This document shows positions 24,641 through 39,262 of a DNA stretch of 64,000 nucleotides, in pieces (position 1 is the stretch's first letter; each line of letters starts with the position of its first letter). Origin of the DNA: Takakia lepidozioides. Its lineage: Eukaryota; Plantae; Bryophyta. A model generated the notes under the pieces. It was not told the origin of the DNA. It saw only the letters and a list, made by a program, of their open reading frames with translations, and did not search any database. Position numbers and translations under genes: made by a program. The stretch covers positions 78,368,001 to 78,432,000 of the forward strand of contig CM060731.1 in NCBI GenBank assembly GCA_030704615.1. Reading direction: 5' to 3'.

Positions 24641-27047
24641 TTAATAGCTCTATAAAATGGTAACATGTTTTGCAACATGGTATTAGAGCAATGCAATTAC
24701 ATGTCTAGTAGTGACTCTTAAAAGGACCGTCCTTTTAGACTCCAAGAGTCACTACTAGATGTACCCATTAACATGTAATTGGGTGCTAAAGAGTCATGCC
24801 ATTTCATGCTATAGTGCCCAACCGAATTAGGCAATAATTGATAGATAGTTATTGATCTCTATAGAATTGCCTACTTCCTGCTGCTTCCAGTTGACCATCT
24901 GCCTGTGTAGGTTTCTTGTGTACACTTAAAATCTAGCCTCCTCGAATGGATCTGGACCCACACTACATACCTGCCTTCTTTCAGCTCTTGTTGCCTCGAC
25001 AAAAAAAAAATTATAGATCCTTCTCCTCGCTCCTAGTACCTGATATTGACAACCTTATTTATATTTAGCAAACACCCATATCATATCATGACCCAAACCT
25101 GTAAAGATCATGGTCGCAGTCATCGAGAGATTTGAGCTCTTCACAGATTGCCTTGAGTTCTTCTGTTGTTGTCGCAAGACGCAAGAATCTCTAACCCACA
25201 AAGCACGCAGTGATAATTTGGACGCCTCAAAGGCAATGGACGAAGAAAGAACCCCCCCAAATTGTGTGCCTCCCGCACTTGAATCCCCCACTGCATGTCA
25301 CTTGATGAAATTTTTGGACCACATAGTAGTTGTGCATACGCACACTCCAATCTTCATTTTGATGCCCACCATCACCCACACACCGTGACATTCTTGATCC
25401 AAAGCATTGCTTTTTAAAAGCAAATGTCACTAAGGCCTGCGCATATATATAACGCCAGCCGAAGCTAGCATAAATGAGAGCCTCTTTTCCATATGGGTAC
25501 TGCCTCCTTTCGGGCGTGGGCTTTTGATGTAGAGTTGTAATACCTTACGTATAGGGGAAGACCCGAGCATTGGGTCGTTCTCGGAGTGAGGGGCCGCAAC
25601 GAGGCGGGAGCCGACAGATGAGATAAAGATGGCGGAAAGATAGAAAGGTGCCATCGATCCTCAGGCAGAGAGGCATTACGTAATTCTGCTGCATAAGGTG
25701 CCAACCTGTTGCACTAAAATAAAATTGTTAGGTTTCTACGTACCTAACCACGTATTTATTTTCGTATATAGCCTTCATCTTTAATCGGGCAGAGAATCAT
25801 AACAATTTCATAACCCACTGGCATAACTCCAGAGTTTTGCCAAGTCATGGCCACGGATGATGGCAGCGGATTCGTTCTCGTGAACGGTGACGAATATTGA
25901 GAGCCATCTCCGTTCACCACGAACTGATGTCGTCATCCATCAGCATCCACGGCGACCGCCTCCGTGACGTGTCGCAGTGGAGAAAAGACTCCCTTATTGC
26001 TGTCGTCCGTAGAGACGTAGAGACCAGCCATAATAATAATAATTCAATCCCGGATTTTATTTTTATTAAATAGTTATTAAATAATAATAATAATTTTAAA
26101 AAATCCATGATCTATAAAATACGATAGTCCTCTATGCTAATTAAAATTTGCTCTGAGCAGCAGCCTGGGGGGGTCTGGGTCTGGTTTGGGCTGTCTTCGT
26201 CTGTGCCTTGTTGGCTGATGACTCAGAAAGGGGGACCGGGGTTGATTTTCCCCTTCAAGCAGTTAAGCAAAACATAAAAACAACAACAAATGCATGGAGT
26301 GCATGATGGCTGCCTAGTTTCATTACAATATGTTACTCTTGTAGGCTTATGTGTTATTACGATAAATGTTTGCAGTTATGACTAATGACTCAATGGATTG
26401 TGAAATGAGAATTTAATTGGAAAAATACATGAGACAGTGTCCAAATTTTATGTAATTTAAAAACAAATATTAGAGATACACCGTTTTATTTGGGTCTAAA
26501 TTTTCATGTTGTGGTAGCTTCTCAATCATTTTTTCTTTCTATTTTATCTATAGTTTCAAATATTACTAAAAAGACAATGTATACATAATTCTATCTAAAC
26601 TCAACTGTGCATGTCATGGGACAAGGAAACAGGTAACTGTATATATTCTACAAGCATCAAAGGCGCCACATGCCATGCATTTGTGTGGAAGTGATTTCAA
26701 CCCCTAGACAGAGATACCTCCTGAGTGTTAATTATCCTGAATCTTTAGCAGGGGAAGGCTGATTCAATCAACTACAGTATAATTTTGTGGAAGTACTATA
26801 ATTTTCAAGATATGTACAAGTTCATGTACTTCTTGTGTTAATGATTTTCTAAAATGTGGTTGACATGAATTTGTTCAGCGCATGGAAAACTAAATGTTGA
26901 TTCATCATAAATATGGAGGAGGCAAAACTTTGTAAAAACTTCATAAAGGACCCAAATGAGGTGACTGTACATACACAGCAAACTGCCATTAAAAATGTGT
27001 CACAAATTAGTGCCAATGTTGATCCATGTTGATATTGACAATTTTCA

Positions 27048-27527
27048 TTAAGAGAAAAGCCTCATTAAATCGTCAAACTGTAGCAGTGGAGGCCCCCGGT
27101 GGTGCTCACTATGGTTCTCAGAATCCCGGGTAGTCTCTGGTGCGTCTCTGTTACCGAGGAGAATACGTTGTTCTTCTGCAATAAAGTTTGCACCTCCAGA
27201 GGATATTGCGAGCTCAGTGGACCTGACTGCCCTTGGGCGGGGTGGAATTCTAAGAGCTTCAGGGGGATCCGTTTGGGAGCTCGCCCCATAGATGGGAATT
27301 ACATTGTCCGCTCCAATAGCTTCCCTGCATATGGGGCAAAAATTTTGGAAGCCCCTACTAAGCCAGCGATAGATGCAAGACCAGCAAAATAAGTGGCCAC
27401 ACGTGGTAACTACAGGATCGATTGGAACGTCCACGCAGATATTGCATTGGAAGTTACAACTACGCCTCCTTCTGCTTGATACCAGAGGGATTGTCGTGCC
27501 AACTCCATCAAAGTTGGAGGCAGTCTG
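27048..27527 (-). pseudogene. Second RMA/RNF5-like RING-HC paralog; start codon apparently lost, C-terminus shortened
   Basis: FQCNICVDVPIDPVVTTCGHLFCWSCIYRWL..CPICR; cag|ACTGCC replaces the cag|ATGGCC of the 21.6 kb copy; upstream intron/UTR also duplicated. Confidence 0.7.
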
Positions 27528-29062
27528 TACATACAAAAAACAAGAACAGAATAAGTTGTCCAGAAATGTATCACATTATATAGATTTCTACAGACAGTCA
27601 AGATAGGATAAACAATCTGGAAACAAATAATGAGCTTGCAAGAGATCAGAGAAGGAAACAACAGCAACATCAACAAGGAAACCTCACCGGGAAAACTTGG
27701 GGAAGTTCCGTAGAACAAGGGTAGCCAACCACAGAAAAGGGCGCAGGCATAGGGTAGCCCACCACAGGAAAGGGCGAAGACATCCTCAAACGACTGTAAG
27801 AACTGGAGACGAGCGTGAGAAAGAGAGTGTGAAACAAGAGACAGTGTGAAACTAGTGTAAGAGTTTAAGACGAGCTCGAGAAAGAGACACAGTGTAAGAT
27901 GGAGACGAGCGAGAGACGAGAGAGACCGTGGGAAACACTACATGCAAGAAATGAAGACGAGAGAGCAAGAGAGAAAGAGAGAGACCGTGGGAAACGACTA
28001 CATGCAAGAAATGAAGACGAGAGAGCGAGAGAGAGCAAGAGAGAAAGAGAGAGCGAGACAGACAGACAGTGTGAAGGAGAGCAGCCAGCAAGCAGCAGCC
28101 GTTTATACTCATTTAATCCCTCTCCCTCTGCCTCTCCCTCGGGGAGAGCAGCCATGATAATAATTCACTCCTTTGAGTCCTTTCATCCAATCATACTAAT
28201 AATTCAAATAAAACATGTAAGAACGGAACATGATACTTCGTGCGCTTGGTGATTGATTTGAAAGGGGGTTGAGGGCCTGTCAATTTACCTTTAAAATAAA
28301 AGTAAGAAAAATACCTTATTGTTTTTGTGTATTATGTTATGTAGCCGCTTTTGGTTTCTTATTAGTGGGGCAGAATTGTGCATTTCCTCGCGGGCATATA
28401 CGGGCCTTTTCTCACGTGTCCACCGACTACCTGCTGACAACTACGCAATATGCGCTGGAATGGGCCGGGCTGCCGGGTTCGCCACTTTTCTGGGCAGGCG
28501 GCTTACCGGCAGCATGTCATCTGCCGGCCCATTCCTTAGTACAGATATTTTCGTAAATATGTATCAGTCATGTAAGCTATAGTGTACAGAAGTGAAAGTA
28601 GGGGAACCATTTACAGGAATTTCAGGCCCTAGTATACCGTTTTGGGCAAGGTTCTTAGTTTGACATCTCTCTGGTTATTTTATTGATCATGCCACTTTTG
28701 GGCCTGGAGGAAGAAAGTAATTGTAATTGCTACATGATCTTCCATGCAGAGAATCAATGCAACCATGCACACCCCGTACTTCCTCTACAACCATAAAATG
28801 GGACGTCAGATCACAGCACCTAGTTCTATTGACGTTCACCACCTGCACACACATGTTACTCATTCCAGTAGCTCGTTGCCCAACATAACCTGATCTTTCC
28901 GGCGCCCATGGAGGCAAGGTAGTGCTACATTCATGCATGTACGGCCTCTCCTAAACAATTTTATCAAGTCAAAACTAACCCCCTCATTGACTATGTTGGA
29001 TGTAGTGAGGGGAAGAACTGGTAAACCAATGTCCAATTACAAGACATACAGGTTTTCTTTGC

Positions 29063-32000
29063 TTAAGGCCTTGAAGGTGTTGGTGAAGTTGGGGGCTTGA
29101 GACCTGGGTACTGCATAAAGATCCCAATATACCCCATGCAACTAAATCAGCTGTTGAAAACGCCATTGCAAATGTCAAATAATTGTTAACACGTGAAGAA
29201 GTAAGGTGCTGTAAAGATGGGGCTGAAGCGGTTACTGCATACTGAAAGCCAAAATCTGCGCCTACAACTTCAAAAAGAAAAGCTACTGTAGATGACAGAA
29301 GCTTCACCCTAGAGCCTCATTGTTCAAAACTGTGACCCACAGCAGGCAGAGCTAAACCGCTTCATTCCATGCTCAAAGACCTACATTGAAGAATATGGAG
29401 TGGCCCACGTTTTTCCGACTGTTGTTGCTTTAGGAGGGAAAGGGAGAGAGCTTTTAGGCAGACTGCAGGAGTATTGCTTTCAAATGTGACCAGTAATATC
29501 AAGTTACCTGGGTGTATGGTGACAGGGGTGTTGGTGATTGGGGCAGATCAGTGGAACTTGTTGATGCAACTGCAGGAGCTGGTGCCTCCTCAGCTGTGAT
29601 AGTGGCTGTCTCATCCACTTTTGTCTCTTCGGCAATGGCTGCAACAGGAGCAGGTGTCTCTGCTTCTTCTGGTGCCAGCTTCTCACTCTCCACTGCTGCA
29701 GGTTCTGACGTCACCGTCTTTTCCAAAAAGGCTGCCCCATTTGCAGTGGCATCATTCACTTGCTCATATGCAGGGAGCAAAACACTTCCAATTCCCTGGA
29801 TTGAAAGAAAATATTCCAAGTCATTGGAGGAGCTTGCGTGATAGGACATCAACAAATAGAAACTGATCACACAACTCTAGGAAGCCCTAGGAAGCCCTGA
29901 AAATAAGATTGAGAAATACATTTGACTACTTTAGTGCATTCAGCTAGAGTAACCAAGGCATTGTCATGTAAGCTGTTGGGTGCCAAAAAAGCTTGTCTAA
30001 CCAGCTGCAAGGAAAGACTGTCAGCAGGATGACTGCCTGGTTATTCAAATGTACCCTCAATTTCTTGGAATAAAGCCGGCAGCACGCTTAACTTAAAATC
30101 TCTAAACAAATGCCCAGAAAGTTTACTGCATAATATCAATGCAACTAACTGCTAAATGATGGGGCATCAGTATCGCAATTAATCTAACGTGGGCATGGAC
30201 AGTCCCTACCATGTGCTGGTTGGGTCAACACTCGGTTGCGATGTGGGCAGTGCTCTCTCCAGGCAGTTGTTACTCCATCACTAACAACAGCTACCCAATT
30301 ATGTGGACCTCCACATTGTTCTCGGGTTATGGAGACTCTCCTACTTCTACCCTTTGCACACCATCCATCACTCGGACCTGTTTCTTGAAACCGTAGCCAC
30401 TCTTCCAAATTTATTGGACTCCCCTAGGTATTGCTGTCCCGAAGTTACAACAAAGACTTTTAGAAGCACAAGATTGTAGGATGAGAAAGAAGAGGAGGCA
30501 TGAACCTTCAACTCGTCAACCAACTCTTTGGGAGCTATCTTGGTATCCAAAAATGTCTTGAGCTCCCCCAGAGTTTTCTTCCGATCCTGCACAACGAAAC
30601 TGATTGACTTCGTGGAAAACAAAGGACCCAAGGGAAAGGTGGTGAGAGAGTGGCATTTGCAAGCATTCGTGTGGACATGCAATACGATTAATGCACAGTC
30701 CAGACTTGTTACTTCAACTTTTTGCAAGCCTCAAATTAAAGAAGTCTGCATGTGAGGGTGCTAAGGGTCTCTTTTACATCATCACTTAGATAGCAACTCG
30801 AACTTTCCCAACAAACGACTCCTCAAGACTGAATGGTCCCAACTAACCTCAGCAAACAAAAACTTCTTGAGAAAAAGCTGGATCAGTGCAGCCGATCCCA
30901 CAAGTTGCAGCGCTGTTTCTGCCTGTTCAAGGAAGCAACCTACAATGTTAAACACCTTCCAGCCAGGGTGCCTTTCACTGCCATTCTTTCATTCCCCAAA
31001 CCCCTGGAGTACATTAAGGGAAAAGTGTGTCGAACACTGGATTGAATGTTTCTTGTATAAGACTCAGGAAAGAGAAAAAGCAACCATGAGTCCTTTATAT
31101 AGAGCTGAATCCATGAATAAAAAAGAGATCATGCATGTATAGAGAGAGGGCAGGGAGAGAGAGAGAGAGAGAGAGACACCTCAGAAAATACAACAAGACC
31201 AACACCAGCAGCTGCTGCTACTCCCAGTGTGGTTGGCACCAAACTAGAGTTGTCCTGCAACATGTAAGAGTCACATGTCAGGGAAAAACACAGAAATGCA
31301 AACAGTTTAGTGAGAACTTCTAACCCAGCTCGTCGACGGGAAAAATCAGGAGGTAGATGAGCTCAAGGAGAAGTTTAATACGTAACCAGCTTTACAGTGT
31401 GAAAGAATGACTGATAAAGCAAAAAGGAGCATGACAGAGAAGGAATAGATGAGAGCCACATACACCAAAGCTTCCATCAATGACATCCTTGAGGCTGCTA
31501 ATGTCAAATGTGAAGCCTTTTCTTGGTAGCAGCCACGGCAATTCGTTTGTCTGTGGAAGAAAAAGGGGAACTGTTAATACTGGGAAAACTCCCTCTTCCC
31601 TTTTCCCACCTCCCCAGATAACACTTTAGCTCGAACACCTGCCTAATTTGCTCAGATTTGAACTGCCAGTCCAATACATACCCCTGCCCCATGTATAACT
31701 GCTGTTTTAAGGTCAAAATCTTTGACTCCACTAAGACTCACTCTTGCCATGTAGATGTGTCACAGGTCCCGTGCTAGATGCCTCATTTGAAACTTGCATT
31801 ACTGACACCGTGATCCTATCAAGGCATGAAGGAGGTTCGTGATTGACAAGAACAGATCAAACATATCACAGCCATTTCAACTTTGTGACCAGCTTCAGAG
31901 ATAGGAAGTAGTGTGCCAAGAAGAGACAACAGAGACCTGCCAACCATTCTGTCCCTCAGCACCATCCTTGATTGCGTACGCTCCTTTAAAGCCACTCTTT

Positions 32001-33836
32001 GCCAGTAACTTAGCAACTGCTGCAGAGTTCCCATCAAATCTGTTCCTCAACACAGACACAGAGCATCAACATCTCATACGAGATATTCTCACTGGGCAAA
32101 ACTAAATGCTCTAAAGGATTTATAACCATTTAGTTTTGGCGTGCAGACAAAAGGATTATAATCATCTAGTGTGCAGACAAAAAGAGAGGCCCGTGCGACT
32201 ACAACTCTGGAAGACATTTTGAGCCGCATGAGTATATTAGTCAAGGAACTGCAAAGCAGCCACATAAATTGTAGACTAATGTCTCTCAAACATGCACAAC
32301 CTCAAAAGACAAGCTGAAAATCAGAAGATGTGAAATCAATGTGCCCCCCTCAAGCTCCTCATTCCTAAAAGTTCATTCTAGGTAGATGCCCAGAGAGAGA
32401 CAAAACAAAAAGGCTAGTACATCAATTTGGCCCCCCTTTTGGAATAGGTTGTAGTCAAAAGAAATGGAGCTTAAAAATTAGTCTTCATCAAATGGCATTG
32501 TAAATGATCAAAGATTTGAAATGGTGAAAAGCATGTTATCTGCTCCCTGCTCTCTGCTACCACAGCGCCTGCCTTACAACATTGTGTGACAAAACCTTGG
32601 TTCATCCTTCTTAATCATTTACCAACATTCATGAGCACAAGTCAGGTGGCCACCCATGAATTTAGCCATCAAAGAAGGACACACCATTGTGCAATCTATT
32701 TTGATATGGATATTGGCTCATTCTACTACAGGAATGCCAAACTGCCTACAAAACAGGGCAGGATAAAACTGGCAGGAAAACGGATTCTCTCCCTCCAATC
32801 CTCCCCTCGTGCATTATACTAACCCCTGGCTAACATCTACTAAATGTCAATACCACACAGTTTACAACATCTCCACATGAGTTCCGTATATCAGCTGCAG
32901 AAGTACAGACTCGTACGTCATTGTATATTGTAGTTGTAGTTGCTTAGGAAATGGGAGCGAGTCTGTTGCATTGGAGAAGGTGTGGCATTCATCACTTATC
33001 TACGTGTTTCTCTCTCGCACAAGTAAATCCGCATACTACTGGTGTGCACAAGATTTTAGTCACACGTACCGGTCCAAAATATAAATACTGATGTTCTCTG
33101 CATCCTTGAACTTGGCCTTAACTTTCTCTGCATAAGCATCGTCCTCGGCCGTGTAAGCCAACTGCACAACTCGCTTCTTCAAAGCTCTAAGGTCCGGAGT
33201 TCCTTCCACCTTGATGTCCTCCGCTGATCGTATGTCAAGAAGCTGCGCACCCGCTTCCTTTTCTGATAGCTTTGCGTACGCATCTTTTGCAGACACTGAG
33301 CCAAATCCTTGCGCAGAAAATATTTGTGAAGCAACTAAAGGAGCGGAAACTACCAAAACTCCCACAATTACAGCTAAGGGATTACTCGTTAACAGGTCCA
33401 CAGCACTGCTGGCTACGTCAAAATCAATAGCATCTACAGGAGCCGATGCGGCAGAGGGTGAAGCACTTTTAATCCCCGATACAATGTCATCGTAGTTCAA
33501 CGCAAGAGACGCTTGGACGGGGATGAGAGACAAAACTAGTGAAGCCAAGGCGGGACAAAGAAGAGGGAGGGCCGGCCGGCCTGACGATGAAGAAACCTCA
33601 AATTGCTCGCGAATGCCAGGGAATGCTTCCCCAATCTTTCCCATGGATTCAACGGATAAGACATTATGCAAGTCCTTGTCCGAAACTGAAGGTTTACACA
33701 TAAGACGCGCTGTCGGAACCGCCAGCTTCCCGCTACGAGTAGTGCGAGGTCCTGGACTAGTTCCACACGCCTTGCCGCTCACTTTGCATGTCATAGCAGA
33801 CGGCACCCCACCACTTCTTATTCCTAGCAGCTCCAT
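29063..33836 (-). CDS. TROL: Thylakoid rhodanese-like protein (STR4/TROL), multi-exon
   Basis: Transit/signal ..SLALNYDD; GSVSAKDAYAKL..QLLDIR; FDGNSAAVAKLL..GFKGAYAIKDGAEGQNGWQ; ELPWL; LGVAAAAG; ETALQLVGSAALIQ..FLFAE|DRKKTL..TKIAPKELVDELK; C-terminal PLSPY..YPGLKPPTSPTPSRP* (FNR-binding motif). Confidence 0.92.
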
Positions 33837-35030
33837 ATCTGCCTTCTACTCTACTCCACTAATAATCCCCTCTCTCTCCCTCTCCCTCTCTCAAAGATTC
33901 TTCTCTTTCTTCCTTCGGGGATAGTAGCTTAGCTTATCTACAGGCCCACAGTTCGCAAGGCGCGACAGGTGTGCCGGTTATGGATGGTGCCTTTGTTCAT
34001 CCGTCTCGTCCGATCTTTGTGCCACGCATTATTGTCATCTTCATCCACGCAACGTATGTTGTCCAAGCCTTCCTCCTGTCTCTCACCTTCTTCAGTGAAG
34101 AGTTGTTTGTTGTGTTGTTTCCTTCCCACCCTAAAATCGTGCAAGCTGCATATTGCAAGCCTCCCGAAATCTCATCATGTCGCGCACCCTGTCAAGAAAG
34201 TATGGGGAGGCGGTAGATCTTTGCGGTTGGGTTGTTTGAAGGCTTTCTGCCCTGTATATTTTAAGCCTACTCTCGGCGGCTGATGATAGCCCAGTATCTG
34301 GAATGCATAAAGTGCCTGTGCAAGAACGGTTGGATAGGACATCGCCAATCAACTGCTGCCAAACGCCGAGCTTGGTGCTTTGCAGCATGACAGTTTGCAG
34401 CTGGAAAAGTACCTTACTAAATTTGAGAGAAGGGTGACAGTTTGCTTGCCATCTTCTTTGTTTGGATTATTGGTTCTTATTAATGCTTTGTGGTGGTTGC
34501 TGCTACTTTAAGCAGAGAATGCTTACTTCTACACAACACCAAATCTGTGAATTTCTCGAGTGGAATTTCTGCCTATTTTCTTTCAATAACATCCACAATT
34601 TGACAGATACTAAAATCAGGTGCCATGCAGTCGTTTTCCCCAAATGGTACAAGCTAACTTTCTTTTGATGGTGGCAAATTATGTTTCACAGAATTGCTAG
34701 TAGACTCGCTGGTAGAAAGTGCTGACTTACTCCCGATGTACAATGCTATAGACAGAAATATATTAACAAGAGACCATCAAATGTGGGACCATTGACACTT
34801 CCTAACCAACAAGAACCCTGCAGCAGATCATGATATATAAAGTAGCCATCTAATTGCTTGCTGGGTTCTGTGGGATGACTTGTGATGGTGGCCTAGGCAG
34901 AAGGGAGCACGTTGCAGATGAAAAAATTGCAACCAGACTGCTGAATGGCAAGAGTCTGTGTCTGAACAGTGCTCTCTCAAGAACCTTCAGGACGAGAACA
35001 AAATAGAGTATTCAACCCCCAGGATTTGTG

Positions 35031-38000
35031 CTAATTTTCTCTTCTTCATCATCTGAGTCTGAATCATGTGCTTCCTCCACACCTTTCACCTGCTTTCCCG
35101 CGGGTCACATATAAGCTATTAAGGCCACATAATGACAGGGGTCTCTATCGAATTAAGAGCTATGTTGATCAAGAAAATGAAGACCGATGAATGCCCGTTG
35201 CAGTTTGGACATGTACATTGGGAGAGGAGGGACAGAGTGACAGCACACGGTAATCAGATGCCACAAGCAGGAGAGAGAATGGCAAAGAGATGACCTCAGG
35301 CACATAGTGCATCAACATGTTTTCAATTCCGGACTTGAGAGTTACAGCAGAGCTCGGGCATCCACTACATGCTCCCTGCATCTTCAGCTTCACTATCCCC
35401 GTCGCCCTGCATCATTCATTAATGAAGCCAATCAGAGATGAAATAAACCTTAACACAACCAGCACATGGGGGATGAATTTTCCAAAGCCATTCCCATGCA
35501 TGATGACCCTGAAGGTGTCTGACAGTGCGATATCATGAGATACATGACCAGAAAAATAAGTTCCACAGCACGCAAGTCCCCATCACCAGGTCCGTTTGAC
35601 CCAACTTTGTTATACAACAAAATACTCTCTCAATGTGCTCATGAGTGCTTTCGTGCAGATGTATCAAGGCATCAAGAGAAGGAGAACCCCAGTAAACTAT
35701 ACTAAACAGGCAGAGTAGAGGAATACTCGCATTTTCTGTTCTTCCAAAACTTAGTATTAGCAAGTTAGAGTTTGTGTGCACTATGGATAAGGGTAAAAAG
35801 CAGACGAAGTGCTGACCCTAACAAAAAAACAAAAAACGGAATGTATCCTTAAGAAACTACCTGCCTGATACCTCAACAACTAGACTACTGTGTCACCTCT
35901 GCCAGGAAACAGGAAACAGAGAATCCAGGTGAGCTTATAGACTCACAAGTCAAAGCCACGGTATTCAATGTCACCACCATCATCTTGCACAGCAGGCCGA
36001 ATCCGCGTCTCCAACAATTCCTTTATCATTGCTACTGTCTCATCATCCTCCTGCACCCCACACACATTATTCTGCAAGTGCCACATTTTGTACAAGTCCC
36101 CTATACTCTTACAGCCGCAGGACAAGGAATCTTAGAACTTTTTGAATATTTTGCTCTGCAACCCACCTGGACAGAGCAGAAACGTGTGAAAAGATGTGCT
36201 GGCTCTTTAGCACACCATATCAATCTAGTGAACAAACTTCCAAATGACAAACCAAAACAGTGAAAGCTTTCAGTGTGAGCAAATTAAGAGAGAAAGAAGA
36301 AAGAGAGAGACCTCCCACGGAAAGGGGCAGGAGCAACAGCAAGCCGAACCCGGTATCAAGTCAATGGTAATCTTAACCATTGGCAACAAGTGAGCCTAAC
36401 CAACAAAGATACAGCATGCAAGGTCGAGGTATTCTTGAGGGTTAAGATTATACTACAGCCAGTGAGTGTGACAATATATACAAGAAGGTGGCCAAGTCCA
36501 ATGCTTTACTTAGAAGTGCCCTCAAATCCTTCTCAGGAGATAAAAGGTAGGGCTAGAACTGGCAACTATCATACATGAAATCTCACCCGCTGTATAGAAA
36601 TAAGAAGGATAAGCAAAAAAAAACCTCGTTGATAGCGGTGTCAGAAGCATGGGACTGTGCATCATAGAAGAGAGGTTGCTTTGCTGTGTAGAAATCCATG
36701 ATTGCAGCAAAAATCTCGGGCTTCAATATGTCCCATGATAGTTCATCTGCCTTTGTTACCGTCACAAACTCACTCCCGAAAAAAACCCTCGTGACACCTT
36801 CAGGCACACGGTGATATATGGAATTAACTTTCACTGCTATTCATAGCTATAAACACAGGAAGTACCATGTAGGTGTTTCCAATACAGCTCTAGGAAATTT
36901 CACTGGCATATGAATTAAAGGTCCTAGGTACATGCCCTAGGCTGTACACTGGTATTTTGCATCCACCTGCTGGCAATATCCTATGAAAATGAGCAGGAGA
37001 AAGTTTTGGCTCAGATGAGCCAACCTGATCAGGTATTAGGAATCCATCTGACCTAATTGCAGCTATCAAATGTGCTATGAACATGAAGGAGAAAAGTTTC
37101 GTACATACCATCTATTCTAAAAAGAGCCTTAGCAAGAGGAGACTGCATGCCGACTCGAGCATTTGGAAAGTCAGAGCTGCCAACCCCCATAACTTCCTTT
37201 CCCGGGTAGAACATGAGCGACTGGGGATTGGGTGTGCTCTGTGTTTGTATGAACATACTCCGTTGCTGCCCTACTGCAGATAGCTAGTCGTAACCCCCCA
37301 CCCCCACAGACCGCACCAACCTTAGTACTGGTATTTGATAACTGAAGTTAATGACACCAGCACTAAAATTTGACAGGTATGAACACGGTTTTGAGGATTA
37401 TGACACAAATCATATCCGTCCTGACTCTCACGTTAAAGTTAGCAGACAACCATGCTCGGGCCAAACTCAGTTCGATCCGTCCATTTCTATAGCTGCTATA
37501 TAATGTACTCAGGGAACGGCATGAGTACATTCTATAGCTGCTTGCATCGACTGGCAACCAAGCTGCCAAATGCGAAAGCCTCTTCCATGTAAAACGAAGA
37601 GAAACAAACTATGTTTGCAATCTACCGAAGCTCAAGCGTATTGATTCTGATTCCAAAAAGCTGGAGGACAGCTTTTCAATCAACGAGTGGAAGGAATTCC
37701 TGCAGGAATTCAAATAAATGGCCGCTGATTTAGTAATAGCACAAGATGCCAAATCGTGATTACAATCCACCATGCAGTTTCTTGCAGTTGAGGTTTGAAA
37801 CTCTCGATCACCTATCAAGTATATTTTAGAAGAAAGAGCTCTGAATCAATCACCGCGTGACAGAAGTGCTGGAGAAACCACCGAAGATGAGAGGGGAAAC
37901 CTCTTGCCCAAAAAAGGCCAGCCCTGCATGTTGCCACCATCCCCGGCTGCAACAAATCCACCTCTGGTTGCCGAGGATGCTATCCACCTTTGCGAATAGC

Positions 38001-38073
38001 GGGATGCAGACATACAGGGCCTGAGCCCCGCCCTTCTTAGCAGACTCCGCGCTGCGCGCATAGACGTTGCCAT
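35031..38073 (-). CDS. NFU4: Mitochondrial NifU-like Fe-S scaffold protein (NFU4/5 type), multi-exon
   Basis: R/S-rich presequence; [20 protein letters not shown]; [31 protein letters not shown]; [22 protein letters not shown]; [31 protein letters not shown]. Confidence 0.93.
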
Positions 38074-39262
38074 ACTCTTACCACAGATTCTTCAAAACCC
38101 AGTAGCCGATTTGGAGCAAACCTAAAGACACCCAAATGACGCGAAGAATAACAGATCAACAAACTTTACTCAGCGATTGGATTGTCACAGAGCTCAGATA
38201 TGAGCACGGAAGAACCCAACAATTCTTAGTCCCTCCAGGGCAACTACACCCGAAATTCTTGAGCTTCATCGACACTTGAAGGTAGCAAAAGATGACCGCC
38301 ACGACTGGGCGCATGAATGATGCACCAACTACATCATATGACACGTGGACCATGTATCAAACAGATTTTGTCAAATAGTTTTCTCGAGCGTTGTTGCTCT
38401 GACAAAGCGGGGAGATAATCAAAGAGAAGTTTTAGTGTGTCCTCTGCCCACCATTGCACCTGTGAAGCTCTCACCCCGGAGACTGGATACCTGCCAGATG
38501 TGATATGCTTGTCTTGTGCTCTGGCCTCGTTCTTGGGCTCTTGTTGCAAGCTACGTAACTTCGAGATGCAAACCGAATATAGGGAAGTTATGAGCTTTCA
38601 TATCTAATGAGTCCTCGGCCTGCGTGCCGTCTACGACGTTGTGGGTCCTCACCATCGGGGGTTTTTCTTGCCAAGCTTCTTCCATGCGATATGGTTTACA
38701 TCTTGGGAAGTTAGGGGTTCTCTGTATGCATCAGTTAGCTATACCTGAATTGCTTGTGAGATAGCAGCAAAGAGGCCACACATTGAGCCAACCGTTCAAG
38801 CTTTTGGTTGAAGGAAAGTGATCTGTTCTCGTTGATGGAAAAGCATGGCATGCTAGTGCGGATGAGGACTGGGGATTTCGCAGTAACCGGCTTCACTGGT
38901 CAAAGATAATGCTCCATCGCATATACACCTTTATTTGGAAGTTAATGGGCGCGACGAAGGTCCTCTGACGAAGAAAGAAACAATTGCGGTAAACCCATAC
39001 AGCAGATGTTTCTCGATTGTAGCGTCAGTAAGTGACCTGGTTTCTGGAATCTCACTTTTAATTCGGTAGCTGTGATGGGTCCCACGAAGCCGGCAGTCGA
39101 ACGTCAAGAGTATTTGACGTCGAAAACAATATCCCCTTTGCAGTCAGTCTTGCAAGACTCGAAGAGTAGAGCAGAGGACAGCGATTGATAGAGAGATTTG
39201 AAGGAGAAAGGTGAGGAAGAAGAATGCCGGGGTGAAAGAGAGATCGACTGAGCGCAGCCAAT

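Noticed and set aside
27780-28160. GA-rich ORFs upstream of the second RING gene
   Set aside because: Low-complexity GA microsatellite with a ~60-bp duplication in the 5' UTR
28268-28631. Possible MITE bounded by AGGGCCTG...CAGGCCCT
   Set aside because: Only an 8-bp match and no clear TSD; cannot be supported
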